Notes under the pieces: model-generated
What the model saw: the letters and a program-made list of their open reading frames with translations, nothing else
What the model was told of the DNA's origin: nothing
The model's database searches: none
Part shown: positions 1 through 12,811 of the stretch, piece by piece
Position numbering within the stretch: the stretch's first letter is position 1
Layout of the letters: each line of letters starts with the position of its first letter
Position numbers and translations under genes: made by a program
Assembly: GCF_963676685.1 (NCBI RefSeq)
Contig: NC_092357.1
Coordinates: forward strand, 39,308,001 to 39,372,000
Origin: Mytilus edulis
Lineage: Eukaryota
Reading direction: 5' to 3'
DNA length: 64,000 nucleotides

Positions 1-915
1 CAGATTGTTGCCATGGTTACACCAAAAAGAGATTATATTTCACATTTATAACTCTTGGAAATCAAGTCTTTGAAAGTCTCTCTTTCTATAAATATACACA
101 TGCATAACACAAATATTAAGCCTTATTTGTAAGAAAGGATGGTAAAGAGGGTGTCTAAAATTATGAGTGTCAATTTTAAGTTATTTTTCTAACTGTGTAT
201 TGTTACCTTAGGTCAATTCCATTGTATTAAAAGAAATGTTGTGTAATAATAAACATGATAAAAGCAAACATATCAATATTGTGGACAATACATGTGTAAT
301 GATTCACCTACTTGACCGACAATGTGGTTAGCTACAGGGTCTTAAAATACCTTTAGTTTCTTTTTTTATCAACATAGACACGATAAATGTGATTTAAAAT
401 CTAGTGTCGATACAGTCAAATCGTCTTTTAGCCCAGTCGATTTGTGCAGATTTTAAGCAAAATTGCTCAGATTGTGGTAAAAGCATGAAATTTTGCATAG
501 TAGTAGTATAGGCGATGGACAACATTTTTAGCTATAGACCAACTCTAGAAATTGAAATTGGCGTGAGTGGCGGCCATTTGTAAAATGGCGGACGTTGGAT
601 TTGAAAAAATACTTTAAAAAATCATGAACATTTTATTACTCAAGTTATTGTCTTCAAACTTGGTATATAAAGTGATAATACGTATTTGAGTAGAACAACA
701 TTCAATTTTGTTGATAAAAATTAGTTATACGCCTATTTTATTGTGTCCAATTTAAAAAAAAATCTTAATTCTTTTAAGCCAAAATAGGTCGACCTTCAAA
801 ATTGAAATCGATGAAAATCAGCATTTGGTTATTATTGTTTATATGAGAAAAACTTTCAAAAAACCTCCATTTGCATTATCAGCATAATTAGTATCATATC
901 ATACAATAATGAATG

Positions 916-3877
916 TCATAACGAAATCAACTGTTCATATGTTCTCAATGACATCATAAAAATCACAAAATAAATGAGTAGTACAAAATTTGTCAAATGA
1001 TATAATGGCGGTGTCCAAAAATACCTATCACATTGTCCGCCACATTTACACAGATCAGTACAACTTAATGATGCTTTTACACATTTACATCGTCCTCTGC
1101 AACCGCTTTCACTTTTACATCCACATTTTATAAGTTTAGCACAAGACTCTGACGCTTGTTGTAGTGATGTCCAGAATGGTTCCCACAGCCCTTCTTTTTC
1201 CGCTTCCAACCTCAGATGGAAGGTGATAGTGATTCTTGGAGTTTAACAAGAGCTTGTCCCCAGCAAAATCCTGATTGGTAAGCAGCTCTCTTTATGTGTT
1301 GGTGTATTGCAGCAGAGCTAGGAGGAATGATTGATCAATGATTTCAATCGATCGTCCTTTTCTCTTGAATAGATTTTTTCTTGCCGCATCTACACCCAAG
1401 CACTCGCTGGTCCTGTCATACATTAAGACGAGAAAACGCTCAATGTTTAAAGCTGCTTTATTAACACAGTCTTCATTTGGTTTATCACTCAATAGTTTGA
1501 AATCTTCAGTCACTGCATCAAAGGATAACCATGTGTCCCATGCAGTTTTCTTTCAACGATTCGAAAACGATGAAACTTGGTCACAACCACTAAATGCGTG
1601 GAAGAACAGTAGTGCATTGGACTTAGAAGGCCCCATAAATAGAGCAATTTCATGAACAGGGATGTACCTGAAGTTTTTTCCAACTCCAAATGCCATCCAT
1701 AAGGATGTTATGTTCAACCTGTGCACTGCTGACACTACAATTACAACAACGTCGGTGTCAACGGTTCTAATCATAATTTTCTGCATTCCACTTTTCACCG
1801 CATCTGCAACATGTCACAATATACGAGTGTCCGCCTCTTCATGATTGCACGGTGATAGGTTGTCGTAATTCTTATCTGGTTTGTTGCAAACAACTTCGCT
1901 TCGTTTTGTTGAAACTACTGTCGTCTGAACACTTAGAGTAAGCGTCAATAGCTGTTCCGCTAGATAGGAAAATAACTCTATCTTGTTGTCGTCAATTCTT
2001 AGAAATGACTCCCAATTGCCAGGAATAGTAGAATTTGCCTGCACACGTCTGCTAATACCTTTGCCACGCTTACCACGAGTTGATGCCTTCAAGCTGTCCT
2101 GACGGTATAAATCCCATATAACATCTATCCGACTGCATGACTTCAAATAATTATTAGTATGAGGAAGGAAAACTTGCTTAGAGTAATCCTCAAAGGTTTC
2201 GCAAAACCTAGGCTTCAGTATGTTAACAATAACAGCTCCGTCCAAAATAATGGCATCTACATCAGGAATCTCAGTAACAGTTACGCACTTTTTCTTTAAT
2301 GGCGCTAACAAATTAGACTTGGAACCCAGTCTCAACTGACCAAACTGGGACAGTGAAGGTAGGTAGGCGTGGTTCTCATGACGAAAAAACTCATCAAGGT
2401 CACAATCACGAACCTGGCAAGACACAAACAGCTGGGAAATTAAAGAGCAATTCTGCTTTAAGGAGCTAATTTAGTTTTTTTTCCCTTTGATTCACTTCTC
2501 AATTCCTGGCGACTAAAGAGGTGTAATTTATTTTGTGTAATTGGATTGGATAGTGGTGTTACCCTCTTGTCAAGACGTTCACTCACGTACTCATGGTACT
2601 TATCATTCCCTATTTGTTCGATATTTCTTAATGTGTTTGCAACTTTTGGATCTACTATGTCACGTGTGTAAATACTAAAAGATCTTCTGATTCCTCCAAA
2701 AACGGATTTCCCATTTCCTCTATTGTAGCTGTCAATGTTATAACTTGTTTCACAAAAGCCTTCTATTTACTTTCAACATGTTCATTGTGTCTAACATCTG
2801 GACCTTTACTTTGTTCATGCTTAATCAATTCTTGTGATAACTCGAATTCATTGACCGCACGTGCCATTTCTGGGCCACACACCATCCTTCGAAGAAGTTG
2901 AGATGCATTCTCCGTTAGTCCAATAACTCTACCTTCGCCCTTTACTAGCTTGTTGTTCTGTTCATGAGCATGACCAATAGCTATGTCAGAGAATGTGCGG
3001 AGCGTTTTGTGAACAACGGAATGTCTGAGCTCAAATTCTGAAGCAATACTGAGTGCTATTGTGTCCAATGCAAACATATCCCGAACATAAATAGGAAGCC
3101 ATCGAGCGTAATTAGGGTGATCTAAAGCGAAAAACCAAGGTATCAACATAGTGAAAGAGTCTTTGTACAGGCTGAAATTCCCTTTACGGAGAGATCGAAC
3201 AAATATAAGAATGATCAGTTCCAGCTTCAATGTAAGTAACCAGAAATGAAACAAAGGGCTCTCAACTTCTCCTCTTTCTTTCCACTCTTCGAAGCTGATA
3301 GTGTTTTCCGCTTGATCATCAACTGTGTCTAAATAATGTCTGTAGGCTTTATGCATTAGCATATGTAAGGAACAATCAGTCACGTGATGAGCATGTTGAG
3401 TTCGGGTCACATGGGATGCTTTGAGAAATGATTCTGCTGTTCCAGCAGATGCAACGTTTGACTGGCTCAAAGCATTCACACATCCATAATTTTGTAGCCA
3501 ATCACCAATTGTTCTCAAAGCAGCAATCTTAATATGTAGACCACCAAACATTATTACAATATGATTTTCCCCATATCTTGCAGGCCAATTCCACTGAATG
3601 TTTTTAGCAAGAGCATAAAGAGGTTGATCACATGCCATGATTGGTATTTGTCCTTGGTTCAAAAAAGACACACACTCTTTAATAATTGTCATCGAGTGGC
3701 GAATCATTGCAGTGGATTTTGCTTCCTCTTGAAACAATGGTAAAACTGAACTAAAGTCTAAAGGTGGTACTTCAACTGCATCGGTCTGAGAAAGATTTGC
3801 ATGAAATGCAGACCATGTCACATTCTTGTTATCTGTGTCATCATATTCTATCTCCTGACGTACATGATAAAGCCATC
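916..3877 (-). pseudogene. Academ transposase C-terminal part / XPG(PIN)-like nuclease / Cys8 zinc finger, frameshifted
   Basis: Collinear ORF fragments: 2763-3902 (DQPLYALAK, MFGGLH, WFFALDHPNYARW), 1814-2425 (IILDG..., HEEADTRIL), 1553-1798 (DTDVVV, HAFSGCD), 1292-1513, and 916-1209 (CGCK..CRGRCKC..CTDLCKCGGQC). A splice acceptor (ttgcag) lies at ~3878. The upstream exon(s) were not found. Confidence 0.8.
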
Positions 3878-4531
3878 TGCAAATCAGAAATATTAGATAC
3901 ATGCATAGTTTAATCCTTCGAAGATTTCCTTATGTGTCTTGTAGGCTGCCAAATGGTGCATACATGTATGATAATATAAATATTTAAAATGTGCTCTGCA
4001 TGTCTGTAGCATATGCAGAAACAGTAAGTATAAGCAGATCGAAGGGAGCAACCATTTCTATTTTTGGGGAGCTATATGATCAATTATCTTGTCCTATTAT
4101 GTCATTTGTTCATTGTACTTTCAGTCTAAATTCTTTTAAACTTTAAATAATTGAAAAAGAGGGTTGGTCCTGTCTAACTTATTTAAATTGGTGTCTAGTC
4201 CAAAAAAACAAATGGTTGTTTCCTTCAAGTGGTTAGTATGGTTTTGACTACATATGTTTGCAGTCATTAATGAGATGATTATGATGTACAATGATGTAAG
4301 GTTAGTGAATGAGTAAATGCTATGCAAGAAGTTGAAGCGTAGTAGTAGCTGTTGTCATATATCTTTATGTTTTATTCTGTTGTCAAATGTTATTTAGGCA
4401 AATCTGTAATTACAAGAAATTATGTATTAGATACCTTCATTTCGTTAATAGTGCAATAGTGATTATTTGACCACATGGTGAATACCAAATACAAATAGCA
4501 ACAGTCCTATAAGAATGATTTGATAAACTAA

Positions 4532-5086
4532 AGGAGTAGGTTCAGTAAGACACCTTTTTCATGTTTTGGGCCCCAAAATATACCAGTTTTACAAAATTGT
4601 GAAATGTAATCTTTTAGCTATTTAATGGAAAGTAGAATGCTTCTGCTACATAAATATGGGCTGGTTTGACAATACAATGCAGATATATCGGATACTAGCA
4701 TCATTAAGTCATGCTAAATAACTGAAATCTTCACAATTTGAGCATTATAGTTAAATTTTAGACGGTTTCCCTCTAAAATGAAAGTGGCCGCTTTCGTGTA
4801 TCTCATAATATTGAAATGCAAGTTGTATTTAATGATAATACATAACATATATAAAGGTTGAGGATGAACACGGATGCGACCACTTTCATTTTTGACATCT
4901 GAAAAGTGACGTTTTTTGTCATATTTGATAGATTTTTCATATTTAAGCTTGAATCGGAGTGTTTTAGATGACTAAATCAGTTGAATTATTGAAATAGACA
5001 CCTTAGTGTTTAAAAAGTGTCAAAAATCTTTCGTTAGATGAACATGAAATTTGAGGTCAAAATCGGCCCTTACCGGACCTACTCCT
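4532..5086. mobile_element. Non-autonomous Kolobok-like TIR element nested in the Academ
   Basis: TIRs AGGAGTAGGTTCAGTAAG / CTTACCGGACCTACTCCT, flanked by CTAA and TTAA (TTAA-type TSD, purine-purine termini). No ORF. Confidence 0.7.
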
Positions 5087-5501
5087 TTAAATATATATCA
5101 GTTCTTTAGTTTAAATGTAAATGATAAAATAAAATACAACAGCAAAAAATAGATTATTTGAAATGTTTGATTTCAAAATGGCCACCATTCAAAATGGCCG
5201 CCAGTAATTCAATACCTGATGTCCTCAGATAATAGTCCTTATTTTAAGTGATAAAAAATCAAGTTTTATAACAATAGGTAAAGTCAATTTTTTTATAAAT
5301 TTTATTCATATTTTATCATTAATTTTTAGGAGCCATTTTAAAATGGCCGCCCAGAGCTGCTATGAGTCCATAGCTATAAATGTTTATTATGACCTAAACT
5401 AAAACTCTGCAAAGTTTGATGCTTTTAACACCTACTGAGCAATTGTTTCACAAATCGACCGGACTATTTGGAACACTTAGGTAGTTTCCCTTTAATGAAA
5501 C

Positions 5502-5580
5502 GGGAATTCCAACTGAAAACAAAAGTGCTGATAAAAACAAAACAAAAAACACAATTTGGCCTTACACTGGATAGGTAAGT
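5502..5580 (+). promoter_or_regulatory. Copy 1 promoter: kB-like site, IRF-like site, and non-coding exon 1 splice donor
   Basis: GGGAATTCCA (5502-5511), GAAAACAAAAGTG (5515-5527), GATAAA, then donor AG|GTAAGT at 5575. The same arrangement occurs in four paralogous positions. Confidence 0.55.
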
Positions 5581-6648
5581 TAAATCAAACAATTATATTA
5601 AAAATAGAAAGGTCAAACTTCTAATGATAAACATGAAAATACAAATTGTTTATTTACGCTGGTAACTAAGATAATAAAAAATGTAGGTTATGATTATTTA
5701 AATCCTACTTACAAAGGCGTATTGTGGTATATTTATATTTAATTGAGATACGTGTACATGTAGCAAATGGACTTTAATGAACATTATTCATTGCATCATT
5801 ATAAAGAAAATAAAATAAAAATAGAATAAACACGGTAACACTAAAGCTGTTTCATTTTGTGATTTTCACTTTTTATTTGCTTAGTTACCTTACTTGAAAA
5901 GCGACATTGTCAATCTCTGAAAAAAAACAAATCTTTTTTTTCAATAATAATCTTGATAGTTCTCTTTAACAAAGGTGTAAGGTGAATGGACCCCTTCCCC
6001 CTTTTAATTCTTATTTCTGTTGATAAATTGCACTATTTTATGTTTTCTCACTATATAAGAATGACAGTAGTTTGCATATTTCTATATCGTTCTCATTAAA
6101 ATTTTCCAAAAGTTTTAAATAAATTCTTACTCGTTGTTTATTCCGACTGTAATATATGATGTTTTATTCCGACTTTAATATATGCTGTTTAATTCTCCCT
6201 CCTCAAGATGTATTTTTCTGTATAGTTTTTTTTTTAATTTATTCACCTTGTGAAATAAATTAGTATTATCATAAACTACTATTCGTTCTATGTAATTGAT
6301 AAGATTTTTAGTACTCTCTAATTGTTTTCCATTTAATTTCGACATGGTTATCAATGTATTTTGTTTTCTTGAAGACAAAAACATTTAGATGACACATTTT
6401 TTTCTGCAGCTTTTCTGTCATTATCGCTTAAGGAGTTTAGAGAGTCCAGGCTGAGCACTCACATTTAAAAAGAATAAAAATGTTTTGATATAGTTTCCTT
6501 GGAAAAACTCCATTAGATGTACTACTATTCATGTCTACATTTAACCAGAAATTTTAACTGATCATATGAGGTAAAAAAAGGCCGCCTCAATTTTCATACT
6601 TTGGTGAGTATCTTAACTACAGACGCTATATCTTTGTTTTCTTACAGA

Positions 6649-8305
6649 ATGGCGGACAGTAAATTCTGTGCTGGTTGTCAGCGCGGTAGTGAAGACATTA
6701 CAGCTGTAGCTTGGTGCAGTGATTGCATTGAACTTGTATGTAAGGCGTGTTCCAGAGTTCACGAAAAGATGTTACCACCTCACAAGGTAGTACCAATGAA
6801 AGAAATACAACAACTCAGTTCTTCACTCCTCCAATTGTCCAAGAACTGCAATAATCATCCCGATCAAGAGATTATACTGTACTGCTGTCAACATGACAAA
6901 GTAATCTGCGATTCATGTGTTCCAATATCACATCAACATTGCAAGTCTATCATTTCAATTGAAAAAGCTGCTAGAGGCGTGAAAGATGGTACTGCTATTT
7001 CTGATCTAGAGAGAAGGCTTTCCAACCTATGCGAAGTTACAGAGAACATACTGACTCAAAATGAGGCAACACTTGTGGATTTAGAACAAAGTCGAAACAA
7101 AATAAAAAAAAAGGGTGTCGGAACTCAAGCAGAACATTATTGCTCATTTAGATAGGCTAGAAAGAGATATACATAAAGACATTGACAACAATTATAAAAC
7201 CTGTACCGAGAGTGTGTCCAGGAGCAAAAAAGGCAACCAATCAAGCTCTGACTTGCTGGCTACATGGAAAAGTGATTTAAAATCACTGAAGCAACACACA
7301 TCAGAAATCCATTTATTCCAGGTGGTAAAATGTCTTGATGCAAAAACTTACCAGAAAGAATTAGAAATGAGAGAAATCCAAACAGCTACTGTTCCGATAC
7401 TGAAATATAATCCGTCAGAATCTGAGTTGAACATTAGTAAACTAGTCCCAGACTTGGGTTCAATAATGGTAGAAGGTGTTCAAGTACCAATGCATGTACT
7501 AGATATCGATCAACAAGGTCAATTTCTCGTTAGAGACGAAAGAAAGTTATCACTGACACATTCATTCCCGACCACGAAATTAGGAAATGAAGTTAGTATC
7601 GGGAAAGGATGCTTTATTCCTGATGATAGGTTACTCCTCTGTCAAAACCAGAGCAAAACACTTTTTGTTTGTAAACCTGATGGATCGAACTCCAGCGTGA
7701 TTAATTTGAATGATTTACCAATAGACATATGTTTATATGACAAAAACCATGCTGTAGTATCTCTTGGTGATAAAGGTATCCAGATCATCGACCTGACATC
7801 ATTGAAGTCTGGTAGGATAATTAAAGTTAAAGGATTCTGTGGAGTAATCACCAGTGTAAAGGACAAGATCTGGGTAAACAATGACGATCACACTCTAACC
7901 ATTATTGATATCGATGGTAAAGTTCTTAAAGTTCAAGATATACAAACAACATGTAATCCTTATGATATATGTGCCAATCAAGATGGTGATGTTTATTGTA
8001 CTGAAGTTTATCATGATAAATTATCTGTAGTAACATCGGACGGAAAAGTACGTGAGATATACAACAGTCCTGACCTGAAAGGTCCTACTGGTGTAGCTGT
8101 AGATGACCGAGGTGATGTGTATGTAGCAGGATGGTCATCAATCAACATACATAGAATAGCTAATGATGGACAAAAACATGACATTGTCATGACAGCAGAA
8201 GATGGCATTAGCCTGCCGACCGCTTTATCTTACAACGATGAAACAAAAGAACTGTTAGTCATAAACGACAATTTTAAATCTGTCAAAATTTATAAAACAC
8301 AATAG
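6649..8305 (+). pseudogene. RING-less TRIM-like protein (B-box x2, coiled coil, NHL-like propeller), copy 1, single +1 frameshift
   Basis: ATG follows acceptor ttacag. B-box motifs CAGC..WCSDC..C..C..H..H and C..H..YCCQH..ICDSC..H..C. A9 run at 7104-7112 where 8 A keep the frame (compare copy 2). The corrected ORF is 551 aa. May be a homopolymer assembly error. Confidence 0.85.
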
Positions 8306-10296
8306 ACACTGCCAAATGAACACTAAAATGACTGTAAGAATGTCATTACCCTTAGATGAAAACAATAATATTTCAAGTAAATATTGAAATATATAGATTA
8401 TCTGTATCTGTTGCCTAAACTTTTAAATGTAAAACGGTTATCAAATATTGCCCTTATTCAAGAAGAAAATTATACTGACAAGTTGAATAATACTGAAAAT
8501 AATCCAATAATAGTTTTAAAAAAGTGACTATATTTAATTATGCAGTATAGTTAATATGTCACCTTTTTTCTAACATATGACGAATTCAAGAATCTGAATA
8601 AATATTTTGATACTAGTTGTAAGTTATTTTTCAAACTTGCACACAGAGCAAAAGAAGGCCACTGTAACGGATAGTTTTGAATATATCGGTCATTCATTTA
8701 TTGTCAGTTCATGAAAGATCAAAATTATGAGTCAGTTATTTGGGACTTTAAAAAAAATACTTGAATGTTTTTATGGAATGTAGTTTAAAAATTGTATATA
8801 GGGATTTGTATTATATTGAAGGTTGGGTGATGCCACCTAACTAATTTTATTTGTTTTATGTCAAAAGGCCATTCTTAAGAACGTTTATCCTGCATGTATT
8901 TTGTACATATCCTTTAACACAGCAAGTTTCGCACGTGTTACTGTATGAAAATCCGGTTGGTGTTATCATTCAGTTAATACGAAACCGTCATTATGAAAAT
9001 GTAACTAGTAATAACGACTAAGTAATTCGTTATAACGACTTAATAACTTCATATGGCCACTTACTAGCTAGCTATTATGACAAAGTAAAAGTATTTATTG
9101 ATACTTGGTCATTCAATTAACGACTAAGTTACTCATTTTAACGGCTTTTAAGTAGCTTTAAGAAACTGCAAAATCTTTGATTGTACTTTCTTGTTAATTT
9201 GATCTGTTGATACAATTTGTAATGCTATTTTTCAATATTTACCTTTTTTTGTTATATCTCGTCTCACTTTTTTCAATATGTACCACCTTAATGGGTTTTT
9301 TTTGGTTCTATACAGGTATTTAAATCCTTTATGTATCGGAGCAATCCCACTTAACACTAGTGAGGTGGGTGCTAAGATTAAAAAGTTTTATATTTTATCA
9401 CGAAAAATTTTCAAGTTTGTTCTCATACTATGATCAAATTCATTTATTTTATAAAATAAAAGTATAACAATATTTTATATACTTCTTACAACAAAAATAT
9501 TATATTTAACTGTGTACCTTTATTTATTTAGCGCCATTTTCCAAGGATATTATTATCTTTCTGATATTGTTAACCTCTCCCTCCTTTGTTTTTAATTACT
9601 ATTTCATTTATATTGAGTCGTAGATCAAATTTATTCGTTCAGTGTATGTTTACTTGTTTTTGTTAATATGTGTTTTGATTGAGTTATCAAAGCCATTTCA
9701 ATTGATATTTTAGGGTGTTTTTTTACTATACAGCAATGTTAAACCACTAATTCGGGTAATTGTGAAGGTTTGCACCTGTTTAAAATGATTAAACCCGTTA
9801 CATTTGTTTGCACCTGTCCTATGTCAAGTATCTTATGCTCAGTGGTTGTCGTTTGTTGGTGTAGTTCATTAGAGTTTATCGTTTCTTGTGTTTCAAGTCG
9901 ATTAGACCTTTCGTTTTATGTTTGTTGGTTTTCCACAAGTCATTTTGGGGTCCTTTTATATCTTGATGTTCGGTGTGAGCCAATGCTCCGTATTGAGGGC
10001 CGTTTCTATAATGGTTTAATTTTTACTATTTGGGACTTGCATGAAGAGTAATATTATTGGCCCTCCTATCACATCTTCTTATATCTACTTGATAGATATT
10101 GATGAAACTTAACACTAGTTTCCTAGAATATTAATGTACTTAAATTAATGTCGACCCTTTCTTTTTCTTTTTTTAAAGATGAAAGGGTGTCTGTGTCCTA
10201 AAACACATGAAAATATCGATATTTAAAATATACTAAATTCTGCTATATATTAATAGTATCATTGTTGAGAGTTCTAGCTGCAACCATTGGTCTTAT

Positions 10297-11301
10297 TCAC
10301 CTTGTCATGAGTGTTTTTGTTTGACATGTTTGAAGTTTACTACTACAGTCTTTCCATGGATGCTCTGCTCCATACTCACAAACAAATTGAAGAAATATAT
10401 CTCGATAATTACTTGTAGGCTTGTTTCCATCAAAGTTGTACGTATATCTGTACCTGACTGATTCGGCAATGTCGTCACCATACATCTGGGGTTCTTCTTT
10501 CGTCACTTTGATAACGCCGGAACACTTTTTGTAAAATAGTGTTTTGGATGATCTGTCTATACACCGTGGCTGACAGACATGGCCGTGAAGATCATAAACA
10601 CTCACATAAGATGTTGCAGATCCACTCCGAGGATTTTTTACACCAACATAAGCGACTGTTTCGTATACCATCTGACGTGTATCGATGATATCATAATCAA
10701 TGTATCGATCTTTGTACGATATACCATCAGATTGTACGAAAAACTTGGTTGCTCCAGATTGAGAATCGGAAACCCGTCTTTTGTTTACTCCTGGTTTAAA
10801 ATAATCCCATAATTTTGAGGATTTGTCGTTTGAATAAATATCGTCGTTGTCATCTATACTACCATTTCGTACAGGATTGCAACCAAAATGTTGTCCCATC
10901 GGTCTGATATACATCAAAGTGACTGGAATGAAGGCCCATTGACTTACATCAGCTTCTCCATCAATCACAAAACTGTTTTGATATGAACTGTCCATAACAG
11001 ATTTATACTTGTCATCTTCGTATTCTACGTCACGTTTATTTTCTTTTACCAAAGGGTGATGACGAACTACGCAAAATTGGCATACAACGTCCAGATGAGC
11101 ATCTAACAAATTGAGGACTTTGACAGTCAGAGTTACGTGTGCACGTGATTTCTCCAGGAGATGGCGCATAACGGGTTATTCTTTCATCGAAAATTTTGAG
11201 ATACCCCATGATATTTGTAAATTCATTTAAATTACCCATTGCTCGGTTCGGCTGATGGAATACATCAGATGTAATTGGATAATCAAATTCAAAATCATCA
11301 C
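10297..11301 (-). pseudogene. Tyrosinase terminal exon, duplicated pseudogene copy
   Basis: Very similar to 56102-57069, with acceptor ttcag at 11302. A 1-nt insertion at the RRKKR site (~11039) creates TAA. A ~400-bp deletion removes the original stop codon. Confidence 0.9.
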
Positions 11302-12236
11302 CTGAAATATAGATATTTTTATGAAATTGAGCGTGAATTATTATCAAGATATACGACAAATGGTATATGTCTATGTTAAGGATGTTTGCTTGTCTTGTTT
11401 TGGATTTTTTGTCAGATTTTATGAATCCTCTGGTTTTATCCATTTGAATGCCTTAAATTTTTTTGGCCCATTAACACCCATTTTTCTATTTATAAATTTT
11501 GTTCATGTATAATTATAAGCCATTTGTAAAAGTTTGAAAAGTTAATTTTTCTGAAACTGAGAAGCCAACTCCCTAAAGACCGAAACAATATTGGCTAAGA
11601 ATGATTTCGAATAAGTCTTGAAACAAATAAATGTTTTTATTATTAAAATCTTTGTTTCCAAACACAAACATCACATAACACACATTAATTGTTAATACTT
11701 AAACACATGTACATTTCAGTAGTCAAAAGTTGGTTAACGAGTAAGAGATAGTTATGTATCTCTGTAAATGAGTAGATTATTGTTATTTGTGTCAATTAAC
11801 GACAATTGAATTGCAACTCTCTAAACTCATTCCGGTGGGGTGAATGATCAAACAATAGCAGCTCGCCAATATTAAATGAGTAAAATCATGCGGAAAGTAG
11901 CCTTCGATGATGCCACACTAAAAAAAAGGGGGGGACGAGACAGGGAAAACATATCCGTTGTGATCTATCCCATCAGTCTACCAGATAATAAATGAATATC
12001 TTATAAACGTTGGAACTGCATTATTAGGCGTATCTATAAAGTGTATCATTTAGACGTATCTTTATCATATATTTTGTTATTTTTCCCGATGTTTTATCTG
12101 TTATCGGAATTTATACAATACCTCAGAGGTCTGACTATACATTTAATAACGTACTTTTCACATACTTAATTGTTTATCTTTTATTATGTTAACCTGAAGT
12201 TCATGTTTACTTATAATTGACCCTTATTAAACTTAC

Positions 12237-12570
12237 CTATAGCAGATTTTGAATTGTCTCTGAAATCTTGCCAGACTTTGTCTACATAGCAATGATGCAA
12301 GTAAAACACCGGGTCATTTGGAGAAACATCAATATCGTTCATCGTGCCACCAATAGTGACATGTGCAAAATTATGACACGCCTCTAAATTACGATTAGTA
12401 CCAGCCAATGGTTCCAATATTCTAGAGTTTCTGCTTTCACGTATTATGTTTCTGTAACAATCTTCTGGAAAGTATTTTCTTCCTGACCCGCCAGTTCTTG
12501 TGAGAGTGACATACCCTCGATCCTGTGTTTGATATCGCCAGTTCGCAAATGGTCCCACCCTAACCTGGCC
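12237..12570 (-). pseudogene. Tyrosinase CuB exon, 5'-truncated copy
   Basis: HNFAH...SPNDPVFYLHHCYVDKVW with an intact donor (G|GTAAGT). Homology to 57568-58034 ends abruptly at GQVRVGP. Confidence 0.9.
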
Positions 12571-12811
12571 TAATGAGACAACTCTTATAGTATCCTGACT
12601 AGGGAAAGGCACATACAATCAGAACTTTACCAGGTTGAACATGTAAGCGGGATTCCAACAAGTCTAGCCTGGTACAGTGGTGTAACAGTACACAACAAGA
12701 ACGAAATATCAAAATCAGTTAAAAATGTTCAAAGATTTCAGATGGATAAAAATGGAATTTACCCAGAGCCAGTTACGTACGTTCTCTAGAATTTAAACTC
12801 CAGGCTAGAAC

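Larger units (their letters stand above)
429..5466 (-). mobile_element. Academ (AcademX-type) DNA transposon, decayed and internally deleted
   Basis: Imperfect TIRs of ~130-160 bp: left TAGCCCAGTCGATTTGTG...AATTGCTCAG...AAAAGCATGAAATTTTGCA versus right reverse-complement TAGTCCGGTCGATTTGTG...AATTGCTCAG...AAAAGCATCAAACTTTGCA. 3-bp TSD TTT at 426-428 and 5467-5469. Joining the flanks restores the promoter seen in paralogs (cf. 48578-48660). Internal ORF remnants have transposase, XPG/PIN and Cys8 parts. Confidence 0.85.

Noticed and set aside
1-355. Possible right end of another Kolobok-like element (...AAAATACCT-TTAG)
   Set aside because: The partner TIR would lie outside the window, so it cannot be supported here.
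7100-7120. A-AAA-AAG slippery site as a programmed -1 frameshift in copy 1
   Set aside because: Restoring the frame needs +1, not -1. Paralogs lack the run and no stimulatory structure is evident.
12571-12618. MYVPFPSQDTIRVVSL as a novel N-terminus for a mini-tyrosinase
   Set aside because: It derives from unrelated sequence at the truncation breakpoint, the product would lack CuA, and the downstream exon is frameshifted.
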